NCBI RefSeq assembly: GCF_006345805.1
Contig: NC_043004.1
Coordinates: forward strand, 61,628,001 to 61,692,000
Length of the DNA stretch: 64,000 nucleotides
Source: Octopus sinensis
Taxonomy: Eukaryota
Direction of reading: 5' to 3'
The notes beneath the pieces are model-generated. The model saw only the letters and a program-made list of their open reading frames with translations. It ran no database searches and was not told where the DNA came from. Both the position numbers and the translations under genes were made by a program. Below are positions 28,819 to 41,029 of this stretch, in pieces. How positions within the stretch are numbered: position 1 is the first letter of the stretch; each line of letters starts with the position of its first letter.

Positions 28819-28876
<58 letters not shown>

Positions 28877-29376
28877 GTAACAGTTTCAAATCATGACACA
28901 GGGACAGTAAGCTTTTGAGGAGTGTGGATGTCGATTGCATTGACCTTAGTACTTCTATTATCAATCCTGAAATATAGAAAGGCAACTTTGACATCGGCTC
29001 AAAAAGTAAAAGTGGACGAACTGCTACTGTAGCACTTGTCTGGAGTGGAAAAGGTATTACTAGCTCCCTTTCTTAATTACTATAATGATTATATATATTT
29101 GATGAACGGAGCATTCTCTTAAAATGAATCTTAAGTTTCTTCAGTAATTCGGACGAATGAGCTCCAGAAATGACCGTCGGAACACTGTATGTCTTCTAAC
29201 ATGTAGGCCAAAACTCTTTTTAATGGCTATTACTATACCATATTTTAAATTATTTTATAAGCGTTTTTGTTTTCTACATTCCACGATTATTTTTTATCTG
29301 TATTCTATTATTATTATGCTTATACATCTATATATCTATATCTCCATGTATTTTTTAGTATTCATATATTTTTATA

Positions 29377-29560
29377 TCTCTATATTATAAATCTGAAATG
29401 CGAAAAGTTTGTTTGTTTGTCTGGTTTTGGCATTTAGAACGGTTTAAAGGCCACTAGATCCCGTCGGATTGACTCCAAAATTTACAGGGAGATGTAAAAT
29501 GATGTGAGAATGTTAGTAGGCTAGGTTAAAAATTCCCATCTTAAAAGGTGTCGTTGCTAG
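29377..29560 (+). mobile_element. Helitron/DINE-like 5' end of a second family
   Basis: A|TCTCTATATTATAAATCTGAAATGCGAAAAGTTTGTTTGTTTGTC: TC start followed by a short GTTT array, as in non-autonomous Helitron 5' ends; 3' end not located. Confidence 0.45.
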
Positions 29561-30149
29561 GGCAAAAAACCCCCCACTTTGACACGTCTACTCTCATTCT
29601 TTTATGTATCTGTCTTCCTCCGTTACTCATTCTCTTTCCTCCCTTCCCATCACTTTCTATATATAACGTTGTTTCACGGCGTCTATCTCCCTTACCTTCA
29701 CTTTCTCTTTATGACGTCGTGTCACGGCGTCCTCAATCTCCCCCTCCACCCCGCCTTCGACAGCGCTTTCATCCACTCTCTCTCTACGTCTGTCTGCATT
29801 CATAGAGAGAATTATCATCACCACACAATCATGAGAACAAATATTACGAATCAAATATTTATTGGGTTAATTTATATATATGTGTGTGTGTGTTCTATAT
29901 ATAAATATGTATAAATAATGTATATATATACAAAGTGTATATATCTGTATGTATGTATATTAAACTTTTTAATATTTTTGATAGTTATATCTATTTAAAA
30001 AAAATTATAAATATAAATTATTAATTTTAATTTTAAATTTAAATAATTTAAATTTCTAAATTTTATATTTTGTAGATTTTGTACATTATATTTTTATTTT
30101 TATGTTTTGGACTTACGTTTTCAGCCGCTCGCAACTATAGTTACCACAC

Positions 30150-30610
30150 AATATAAAATTAACGGCGTATATCGAAGTAGTTCAACGGAGCTACACAAAG
30201 AAATTCGTCGCAATGCAATGTATCTGGTACTGGGAAAGACTGAAAGAACGAAGGTGGGAAAGATATGCAGTGATTTATATATCTGGAAAATCTTGAAAGG
30301 ACTTGTTCCATACTTTGGCACTGAGAGTTACTGCATAGTGCTAAAGTTCGCAGCATTTCCATCAACATACAGGACCAAATACTAGAACATCTTGGGTTTC
30401 AAGGTCCCACAGCTCTTCAATATCCTTCCAAAATGCCTGAGAAACCTGCATGGTGTGGATGTAGGTGTTTCCAAAATGATATATTCTCCTCTGAAGGGAT
30501 CCAGATGAACCCATCTCAAGGCAGGAAACACAGATGAGGGCAGTGGCATCATATTCCCCCATTCACTAAATGCCACATATCACAGGCGGTTTCAAATAAT
30601 GGTGTAGCAC
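30150..30610 (+). mobile_element. CR1/L2-group LINE 3' fragment
   Basis: Frameshifted Y WERLK...YIWKILKGLVPYFGTESY...CIVLK...TYRTKY*NILGFKVPQLFNILPKCLRNLHGVDVGV...PDEP, matching the post-RT C-terminus of this group. Confidence 0.75.
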
Positions 30611-31617
30611 AGTCAACGGTAGTTGCCCAGCATCACCGCAGCTTGGAAGCTGAAAAAATTTAAAGATTTACACACACACAGACACACAGACACACAAACT
30701 TACACACACCCACACACTCACATATACACACACATATGAAACAATCACTGGTGGTGGTGACAGAAAAACGCATAACTTCTCAAAACATGAATTCTAGTCT
30801 CATATGCTCCACCGAAAAGACCCTATTATAGACAGTATTTTTGATGTATGGAATTACGAATAGCTAAATAAATAAATGAATATTGGTTTAAAAGATTGGC
30901 CACATAATATATAAAGCTATTGTGTCTCCTTGCAAGCATTCAAACGCTACTCATATGAAAACTAGACCCATCTTATCTCTAAGTATGGTTTCATTGAAAA
31001 AGAAAGAAGATAAAATCTCATCAACTCTTAATATATTGCATTGAATATGAAGACTGCAACAAGTCATATATCTAAATAGTAGCTGCTGTAGTTGTAGATG
31101 ATGAAGATGCTACATTTCTGATCGATTACAGCTGTAGAAGAATATCTTCAAGGTGCCTGTTACTCATCAATTCATTTCAGATCATAGTATACGCGATGAA
31201 ATATATTCTAATATTTGTGATGTATTGTGGTGTATTGCGCTATGATTAGACAAACATTCGACTACAAGTGATAAATAATGCTTACAGGTTCCTGTGATTT
31301 ATGATATTGTGCATATACATATATAAATTCGTTTACATCACTAGGTATTTACCCAGCAGGTAGTTTAAATTTCTGTAATAAGCATTAACATGTGACAATT
31401 TAATAGCTTAATGGCGGCTTGGGTGGAATTTTCCGCTACGTTATACAACTATTAAATTTCATGCACCATACATACATGCATATATGCATACGTCCGTACA
31501 TGAATACGTACATGTATATGAACACACTCATATATATGTATATATATGTGCGTGTATATGTGTGTGTATATGTATGTGTATATATATGTATATATATATT
31601 TATATATATATATATAT

Positions 31618-31666
<49 letters not shown>

Positions 31667-31710
31667 AATATATATATACATATATGAATATATATATATA
31701 AATCTATCTA

Positions 31711-31761
<51 letters not shown>

Positions 31762-34700
31762 ATGTATATATGTATAAACGCATACTATCGCACACTAAAC
31801 CCCTATATGTGTATACATGTGAGTGTTTGGTTTATGTGTATGTATGTGTGTATGAGTGTACGTGTTTGTGTGTGCGTATCTGTGTGTATATACATACAGC
31901 AAAGCGTTCATATACACATGCACACCCTAACTAGTGTTTTCGATGATACGGTCTACCCTCAAGAATAACTCTAACCGAAACATTGTTCACCTGCTTCCAG
32001 TGTTAGATTAACACCTTGATACTCAAAGCAACATAGCTATAATTTTCTTTCGTCACATTTATATTATTGTATTCCCACATCCTCTTGTTTTCATCTACTG
32101 TCCTCTCTTTTATTATCGTGTTCCGTCTTGTACAAACTACTTAATTTGCAAATTGAATAAATTGTGTGCTCAGAGATTGGGGTTGCTTGCAATCACAAGG
32201 CGTGGTATTAAAACCTGCCATAATTTGCGTCTCCAGAGCAAGAAACTAGTAATAGTTCGTATCTTTATACTGTATACATTAAGTAATATTTGTGACTCAC
32301 TGGATGCAATGCTTTCTTGTTGATTATATTTTAACAGAACACGAACCTGTCTCACTCTATGTATATCTGTATATGCTTATTTGTAGTCTGTTATTATCGA
32401 GTTACTTCAAATAGTCAACCATCCACCCACATATATACATATTCATATATCTATCTACATATCCATATATTCATCTATATATTTTTCTGTCTCTCTCTCT
32501 CTCACTCTCTGTACACACTCATGCACACAAACTCACATATACTGTTTATCCGTGTATATCCGGTAGGGAGTTACATTGAATAGTTGAATATATATTCCGT
32601 CTTTATATCCCGTGAGAAGTTAATGCACAAAAGATAAACCCGCACCATTGATCAGCAATGTTTTACTGGAACTGGGACATGCACAAAGAACATTACGCAA
32701 TATACGTCAAATCAATGCATTCAATTCTTGCATAATCCAACAAATACGCAAGCAGTTGGAGACCAGATCGTAACAATACAGAGGCTAAACTGCATTGATA
32801 AGAATATCGGAAATCAATTACACGCCCAATGTGAAATATATTCCCACGAGACATATGTTGTGTTAGGCGTCACTTCCTGGCCCTTTTTTTTCTGGAATGC
32901 TATTAATCTAATGAATCCACGCCCTGCATACTGTGATTATATAATATTATTCTATATGTATGGAATTCAGCAAACAAATACAAGAATTTGTTGTTCGCTA
33001 GATTTTTATTGACAAATTATTCATCAAATTATTGGAGTCTCACTAGACATGCATTCATGTTCATGTAAACACATTACGTATATCAAGTGTATACATTACT
33101 TGGATTTCGAATGAAAGATTTTAGGTGTGATAGACGCCACACGAAACAAAAATTAATTGTGAAATAACAATATCGAATTTGAATATAGATACATAAATAG
33201 CATGTATAATACCAACCTTTAAATTTACAAACATACTCCAGTAAATTTTTCATTTCTGAATGAAACAATTCAGCTTTCACTACGATTTACTTTGCCAGAT
33301 ATATTCATAAGCATTAACACAAGAACAATCCTGTTAAAGTATGCAATAGAATTTTATACAATGTCTTGCATATCACAAAGCATGACTGTTTTTTTTTGTC
33401 TTGAAATTTATATATGGATGGAGACTCAGGTATATTCAGTGAATAGCTACGTAAAATATATAACAAGACATGTCTGATATGGTTGAACTACATTCTACCA
33501 TAAATATGCCATCCAATATGGCCAATGATTACCTTGCATTGATCACAATAGATCTCAAATTTAAAATGTAAAAGAATGGTGCCAATAAAAAGGGCTTATA
33601 ATTATATGCAGATTATTGAAGCTGTCATGTTCCAAGGATTAACTGCATATTTCTTCAGAAAACAAAATCCATCGTTACATTCTTCTGCAGATGTAGAATT
33701 TTCTGGTCGTTATTAAAGATGAAGTAGATTATAATGATTGTTAGAAATTTTCACTGGATTATGACACACTGACTTCAATTATTTAAACTGATACATGCAT
33801 TGAAGACATGATTTCACTCATTTCAACACACACATACAAAATAAGACGTATTCCTTCCCAGTATTCAACTGCAGCTAAATTTTGACATAAACGTAATTGA
33901 CAGGACATACATATGTTGACATGTGGATGAAAATATAAAACTAACGTTAATCAGTTATATGCTGCCATGATGAAGTGTCTGACAATTCAATATTCAAGTG
34001 TAGTCTTGTGAAAAAAAGTATCAGAAAAAATGTGAAAATATGTGAAAATTATATGTTATAAAGAAAACGTTTTTTAAAGATAGGTTTTTGCTACAAAGAG
34101 GAATAAGTAGGCTGTGAAGCAGATTTTTGTAAAACATACCATACATTGTTTCAATTATTTCACGAAATTAAAGTGTTGATTCTTTATTTTCTGAGTTTAA
34201 ATACCATTCAAATAAACTACACATTTTATTATTTCTGTGTAGATGTGTTTGCAAAGGAATTCGCCACCTCACCTTGCTAACATTAACCCAACATCAGATA
34301 TAATTATTTCATGAACTTTGTAGCTCTCTACTCCTAGAGTATGTAATATACAGCTATGCTCATAAAGTTGAAAAAGTGAATAACAAATTTCCAGCGCACG
34401 ATCTGTGGTTAGAAAGAGATCGTCATCCGTTAGTCATAAATTACATTTACTACAGAAAAGCCATACCAGTATTGAGGAATTATCATAAAAGTTAAGGTGA
34501 CAGGCAAACAAAGCCTGTTTTGGGGCAATACTAAATATGTGTGTATTACCCACCGGAGTGAACATCGACTTTTGTTTTTTTTATTAATCGAATAACCAGA
34601 AACGAATTATTGATCATGTAAATCAACCGATACTATCGTGTTCTACACACCACAATATTATATCCATGTCTTTAATTTATATATTATTATGTAAATTACA

Positions 34701-34856
34701 TATAAATAGATTTTAACAATCTTAAATTATTGTGTTATTAATTTCATATTTAAAAGCTATATGTGAGCTTATTTCTTTTTCTAAATTCAAAAATGTTAGT
34801 AATATATTACAGTTCTATATTTAAGAAATGAGGAAGTATGTACATTATTTACATGT

Positions 34857-34995
34857 GACGGGCATGCAGTTTAGTGATTAAGAGCACGGGCTACTAACCC
34901 CAAGAATCCGGGTTCGATTCCAGGCAGTGACCAGAATAATAATAACATCGAAAAATAGCTTTGGACTGAGAACCAAGGTCAAATGTAAATAATAG
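34857..34995 (+). mobile_element. Solo tRNA-headed unit homologous to the Penelope 3' tail, lacking the HHR segment
   Basis: agtgattaagagcacgggctactaaccccaagaatccgggttcgattccaggcagtgac...gagaaccaaggtcaaatgtaaataat aligns to the reverse complement of 36810-37030 with an internal deletion. Confidence 0.75.
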
Positions 34996-35362
34996 TAATA
35001 TTTTGTTTATTAATTTAATGTGTGTATTCTATTTTATTTTATTTGTATTATATATTTCAAAACAATAATTGAAGAAAGTTAGACTAAAAGGAGAAAGTTT
35101 TAGGCATCTGAGCCGAAACTAATTAGATGTGCTGTTAATTAGCCGTGCAGACGTTGTTTATCGAAGTTATAAAACACATTACACACCAGACTGAAAGGCA
35201 TAAAAAAGATCACAAATGATAACTATTTCATTTTATGCCATCACGGGTCACATAAATTATGATAATGAATAGAAATTACTATACCATGTTTTAAATCTAA
35301 TATACATATGTACATGCACACACGTACACATTCAATCGCACATGCAAACGAATTTGTTTGTA

Positions 35363-35404
<42 letters not shown>

Positions 35405-35409
<5 letters not shown>

Positions 35410-35712
35410 CAATAAAAATGGTAAATAATTTTCCTGTGGTTTTTCATGTAACCAACAATTATTTACCGGTAAATTTCGGTATGTAAATACGACAAAATAA
35501 TTGTCAAGACCTTTGTAAGGTTCATTTCTAATTCCTTCGGTATGAGGCGAAACAGCTTGCTGCTAGCCAACTTATTTTTCTTTACTATATACTGAACCTT
35601 ACAAAGGTCTTGACAATTATTTTGTCGTATTTACATACCGAAATTTACCGGTAAATAATTGTTGGTTACATGAAAAACCACAGGAAAATTATTTACCATT
35701 TTTATTGTATTA
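35405..35712. repeat. Inverted repeat, 120-bp arms (35405-35524 / 35593-35712), 68-bp spacer
   Basis: Arms read as exact reverse complements; spacer is largely a copy of 36068-36129. Confidence 0.97.
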
Positions 35713-36125
35713 CCATGTGGATTCCTCATTCCATTACGATTACCCAGAAGGCGCGCATGGCAGAATTTTGGAGGGAAAATTTACGTTCCCAGTCGTTACT
35801 TGGTTTTAACATCTGCGCACTTCCCCCCACTATCTGATGTCGCTGGGTCAGAAGTGAGGGCTGGTGGCATTTGATAAAGCTAACGAATATAGCGCTGATG
35901 ACGGAATTCAAACTCCCCTGTTTGTGATCCAGAAACACCGTGTTCGCTATTAACGGTAAGTGACTGAATTCGTATATTTGCCACTCCGGTTTTGTGTATG
36001 TGAGCCGCAAGGGCCTTCGTTTTTGGAATCTCCACTTATAGAAATGGAAAAAACGGTCTTTGACTGCCATTTCTAATTCCTTCGATATGAGGCGAAACAG
36101 CTTGCTGCTAGCCAACTTATTTTTC

Positions 36126-36129
<4 letters not shown>
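35523..36129 (+). mobile_element. HHR-bearing non-coding unit with 62-bp terminal redundancy (period 545)
   Basis: 35523-35584 = 36068-36129 (1 mismatch); one HHR at 35889-35950; structure bracketed by (TA)n. Confidence 0.6.
35889..35950 (+). ncRNA. Type I hammerhead ribozyme motif
   Basis: Stem I AUAGCG/CGCUAU (6 bp); CUGAUGA 35895-35901; stem II GGA/UCC + CAAAC/GUUUG with an outer C.A mismatch; GAAA 35932-35935; stem III (A)CACCGUG(U); predicted GUU cleavage after 35944. Confidence 0.8.
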
Positions 36130-36197
<68 letters not shown>

Positions 36198-36856
36198 TTA
36201 TATATTCTATGTACTTAATTCTAGTTATCAATATTTGGCGACAGTTAATTTGTTTTAACTCTGACCACCATGATATGGTAGCAATGTCTTGTTTGATGAA
36301 AGAGTGTAAACTAGGTTTTGATTTTCAGTTCAGTAATTCTCATTTGCAAACGTCAAATATTGGAGTGCCAATTCATAATCGTCGACAGCTGCAAAAATAT
36401 TAATTTGATTATACCACGCATTTGTCCCCCCAGTGGCACTAACAAACCAGCTTCGAGGCCCTGTCACTGTTACACGTCACGCACACAATAGTAATAAAAT
36501 TCAATAAATTTTATTCCATGCTGCTGATCGTTTTCTATAAATTCCAGTTATATAACGAAGTTGATGTCATACATACAATACTTTCTAAGCTGCTAGACTT
36601 ACTGTATTTAATGTTCGAGTTTTATCAGCGGCAGCAAGTCGTTCGCTGCTTTTAGCAGAAGCCGCTCATTCCAATTATTCGCACGTATTACGTCTCCAGT
36701 ATCAGAGGCTCTGTGAAAAGGTATGAGGCTGTCTTCCATCATACATATCATACATAAATCATACATACAGTTCTACATTTAAGAGATGAGGACTTATGTA
36801 CATTAATTTCATTATTTACAATCGACTGCCATTTTTTCCTCATCATGTTTGTTGTT

Positions 36857-36904
36857 AACACACCGTTTCGGCTGCTATATTCCCTCCAGCTTTCATCAGG
36901 TGTC
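36857..36904 (-). ncRNA. Minimal type I hammerhead motif in the Penelope tail, probably inactivated
   Basis: GACAC CUGAUGA AA GCUG-loop-CAGC C GAAA CGGU GUGUU: stem I GACAC/GUGUU and core are present, but the position expected to be U16.1 is G. Confidence 0.65.
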
Positions 36905-36952
36905 TTGGAGAATTTCGAACCTGTGTTCTCGTTCCCAAGGTATTGTTATTGT

Positions 36953-37033
36953 TCACGTCACTGCCTAGAATCGAACTCAGATCTTGGGGTTAGCAGCCCG
37001 AGTTCTTAACCAATACGCCATATGCCCGTGGGC
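36953..37033 (-). other. tRNA-derived segment (Pol III A/B boxes) inside the Penelope 3' tail
   Basis: TGGCGTATTGG (A-box-like, 37020-37010), CTGCTAA loop (Ser-GCT-like), GTTCGATTC (B box, 36976-36968); no acceptor stem. Confidence 0.7.
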
Positions 37034-37056
37034 AATTAGGGAGTGAATTTTAGGGC

Positions 37057-38800
37057 TTATAAATCTAATATTCTCCTATCCTTCCTCAATACCGGTTCCC
37101 ATATGCTGCGCGTATCTGCACTTCGTCTGCTTAGGAGGTTGTTGTGTCCTAGTATACGTGCTGGTTCTTTTAGTTTTCGTATTTTCCAGTGATGTTCTCT
37201 GTCTATCATTTTAACTTCATCCCAGGGGGGCAGGTAGACTCCATTTTTCCATACATGATCGCTATACCCGATGTATGAATATCTCCACATATTACACTGC
37301 ATGGGATAGAGTACATGCAGTTCTTAGGCATATTCCCTTCTATTAGTGGTTTTACTTGAAGGAGATATTTGCGAAGTGTTGTATTACATTTGTATATAGT
37401 CCTGATGTCATATGGGCCACAAATCTTTTGTATCCTTTCGGAGAGGCTTTTCATATAGGGTAAACAGACTGTGGAGAGTTTATTGGTTTCATACTCTCTT
37501 TTCTTCATAACTGGAGTGGAGAGTATGCTTTTGGGGTAGTTGTCGCTTAATAGATTGTTACTAAGCTTGATGATTTCTTCGTGGTGGATATCACGATCGC
37601 TACTTATATTCATTGTTCGATGTTTTAGGCACTGAGCAATCTCTCTCTTTGCACTGTATGGATGGTGGGAGTTGAAACTGAGGCCTCGTCCAGTGAAGGT
37701 CGGCTTGCGGTATACGTATGTCCTGAGTCTATACTTGGCGCGTGTTATTAATACGTCCAGGAATGTAAGCTGATTGTCTTTTTCTTTTTTCCATTGTGAA
37801 CTGTGTGGATGTCTTTATTGAGTTCACATGATCTAACAACATTTAGACATCTTCCTGGTGAGGCCAGAGTATGAAGGTGTTATCAACATATTGCAGCCAT
37901 AGGGTTGGTTTTAGTGCTATTGATCCTAAAGCCCAATTCTCTAAGTATTCCATGTATATATTGGCTATTATCGGTGATAATGGTGAACCCATAGCTATAC
38001 CCTCTTACCGTCGATATATATTAGCGTCCATACTGAAGTAGGTAGTTTCTACACAGAATTTCAACATTTCCATCAAGTTTCTGATTGGTATACTAGTGCG
38101 TTCTTTTAGATGGGTGTCTGTCACTAGTTTTTCTTGAATCACGGATAGTGTTTCACAAGTTGGGACTTTGGTGAACAGACTTATCACATCTGAACTCACC
38201 ATCTGGTTGGATTCAATGGGTGGAATTCTTCACGTACGATGTTGACTTTCCCGCTAATGGACTGATTATATCCACAAGGAAGCGGCTCAGTGGATGACAA
38301 GCTGAACCTCTTCAGCTCACTATAGTTCTGAACGGAATACCATCCTTGTGAATCACAGGAAGACCGTACATGTGTGGTAGTTCACTGTACTGTTGAGTCA
38401 GTTGTCTGTACGTCATTAGTGTAAAGTGATCCTTGTTCTTGATCAAGATCTGTGACAACTTCCTCTCTGTTTTCAAAGTAGGGTCTTTCTTTACTTTGCT
38501 GTAGCTAACATCACTTGTAAGACTTGCCAGTTTTTCCGAGTAGTCAGACTTGTTCATCACCGCTGCAGCAATTCCCTTGTCTGCTGGAAGTATTATGATG
38601 GAATTGCCATTCTGTAGTGACAGTGTAGACTTTTGATAGCGAAAGTTTCTTCCTTAGTGATGTTTGGTTTGGGAAGCTTCGCTTTTTCTAGTACCTGTCC
38701 CAATTTCTACCTGAATTTTGTTATCTTTATGGCTATCTCCAATGCCCAAATATGGAATGCGCTTGATGCTCGTCGCAAAGTTGCGACAGTTTAATACTGC
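37057..38800 (-). pseudogene. Penelope RT/GIY-YIG ORF, frameshifted
   Basis: LPADKG, MYGLPVIHKDGIPFRTIVS, VSSDVISLFTKVP, GIAMGSPLSPIIANIYME, WLQYVDNT (YVDD decayed), TFLDVLI, YRKPTFTG, LPYMKSLSERI, MYSIPCS, DHVWKNG...REHHWKIRKLKE. The YIG half of the GIY-YIG motif appears deleted. Confidence 0.93.
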
Positions 38801-41029
38801 TTCTTCAATTGTAAATAATGTAAATAAACCATGCATATAAAAACTGATAACGTTTAAAGTGTGGTAAATATTAATCATACATTTGAAACAATACGAATGT
38901 GTTTGGGAAATGTATCACTTCCGTCTTTCTTCTGTATGTAGAAATAAACTCCTTTGGTAGATCCACGGAGTCGGGTCTCTGTTTTACTTTTACTTTCTTT
39001 TCCTGATACTACTTCAGATATTGTCTGATATGTTTTCCTTGTCCTTTACAGCTTTTTAAAAATAAATATGTTATCTATTTTTTACGTTACTCTCTCTACT
39101 ACTCTAATATTATCCCCAATTTTGCAGTTCTTTACAATCTTTCTCTATTTCTTACCTTATCTTACTTGCATTCTTTTTTTTTTGTGGCATACTATTTACC
39201 CTTATTTTCTCTCGTTGCTTTCCGTGTCCACTTGTTGCATAATTTGTGCAAGTTTAAGACTTCATTTTAATCCATTCGTAAACTAAAACTTGTGGTTCCA
39301 ATTTCAAAACTAAAATCACAAACAAAGATTTGTCCTATTATTAGCTATCACTGCATTAATTTAGGAATATCATTTTAAATACAAATTTCTAAATAACAGA
39401 AAGGAGCAAGCTGTTTAGTTTAGTAGAATATTTAGTTTCTAACTGGAGTTTCAGAAAATGTGAGTACGTAAACAAAATCGTGATGCTAGCAGAAAAGGAA
39501 AAATTAAAGTGAAAGATATAGAAATGAAATATATATAAAAAGAAACGGTATATGTAAAGAAACGCTATATCAGAAATTCCGAATAGGCCTTGCCGATTTT
39601 CAAATTTTCCTTAATCAAAAAACGCCTCCTAGACAACAACCACCCGATTTCAATACGCCGAAATGCACTCACCGTGTCAGTGGGTTTACAACACATCAGC
39701 TGCACTATGTGGAGGAAGCTATCCAAAATGCATGGAATATCAGGAAATGTTCATACTCTACGTTGCATTGTCATCAGGATCCCTTCAGTTCTACATGGTA
39801 AAGTAAGGGACGAAAAAATCAAGATGTTCTTCAGGAAGATGAACACAACTTTTGATAGTGTAATTCAAAGGCTATATACTGTATAGGTCAGTTAATGAAT
39901 ATGCTTCTTTGTACGTGTTCGTGAAGATGGCGATCTCAAAAAGTTTGAAGTGTGGTCAATGTTGTTTGCACTAATTACATGCTGAGACGCATCTCGTAGA
40001 TGCGGAGCGCTAGGGAATGATACCTGGAAGATACAATATCAAGAGAATCTTGCACAACTCAAACAGTCATGAGTTATTACAACACTGACAAGAATGCACA
40101 AAGCGACTAATATTTTCTAGGATACAAGGATAATGACTTTTATAAAGGGCCTCAAGCCTGAGACAGAATATGGCAAGACTTGCGAGGCTATATATATAAG
40201 TAAGGAATTTATTTTCATCTGATTTGTGTTAGGTTTCACCGATACCCAAATGAATAAATGCCGATGTGGCCACCTAAAACTGCTATTCCTTTGGACCTTA
40301 GTTACAAATGGTGTAATGCCCAACAAATATGTGGCTTTCTCTAGTCGAAGGTTGCATGGTTGCTTTGACTACCATTTAGTATCAGTTGCTCATTTTATGG
40401 CGTCTTTAGTACAGTGGTTAAAAACGAGCAAGATGATACTGCGAGCATTCCGGAATGTGCAGCATGAGTATCTAACGGACAGCAGGCTTTCTGCTTCTCG
40501 CATGACTATATAAGACGGCTGATCTGTAAGGAGAAAATATTGTGGCCAACTGTATTAGATACTAACTTTGGCCGTCATTTCCAGTAAATAGTCATACACA
40601 CCAGTCAACACCTACTACTGTTGAATAGAAAGACGTAATTTAGAATCCTCTACAAATTTAAAAGAAGGCAACATAGAATATTTTAGTAGAAATATAGTAG
40701 TAGCCGAAGAGCAGCTACCTACAAACAAAACATTCCAGTATAATGATAATAATAAAATATAGTAATATAAGCATCAAGCGTAAAAACATTATTACCAGTA
40801 GAAATGTTAAGCTATAGAGCAAAGCTGAACACGGTCAACAGATTTGCAAGTTAAATTGTTCACGGTTGGAACGTATTTGATGATTACTCTTTTCAGCACA
40901 GCTAATATTGCGGCTATAATGGTAAAAAGAGACTGATTATCAGTAAACATCTAATTTACACTTCCTCAGTTGCTCCTTATTTTCTCCTTCAAAAAGGAAT
41001 TTAAGTGAGTCGATGTTTTAATGTTAGAT

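Larger units (their letters stand above)
36766..38810 (-). mobile_element. 5'-truncated Penelope-like retroelement (RT + GIY-YIG) with tRNA-like/HHR 3' tail
   Basis: See the ORF and tail features; coding remnants run colinearly from ~38800 to the stop at 37057, followed by a non-coding tail to ~36766. Confidence 0.95.

Noticed and set aside
31927-31990. HHR-like tcgatgatacggt...accgaaacattgtt
   Set aside because: Core corrupted and stem I out of register; at best a relic.
35726-36115. 129-aa minus-strand ORF
   Set aside because: No recognisable motif; it is antisense to the HHR unit.
36068-36129. Possible second HHR in segment B (cct...agg-cgaaacagct)
   Set aside because: No CUGANGA upstream and no UH triplet.
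36953-37033. Functional tRNA gene (also the heads at 25076, 27077, 34857, 61943)
   Set aside because: No acceptor stem or complete cloverleaf; they are embedded in repeats, so they are tRNA-derived heads.
40230-40520. Possible further RLE-LINE 3' relic on the minus strand
   Set aside because: Only faint similarity (VQ.IAVLG-like); too decayed to call.
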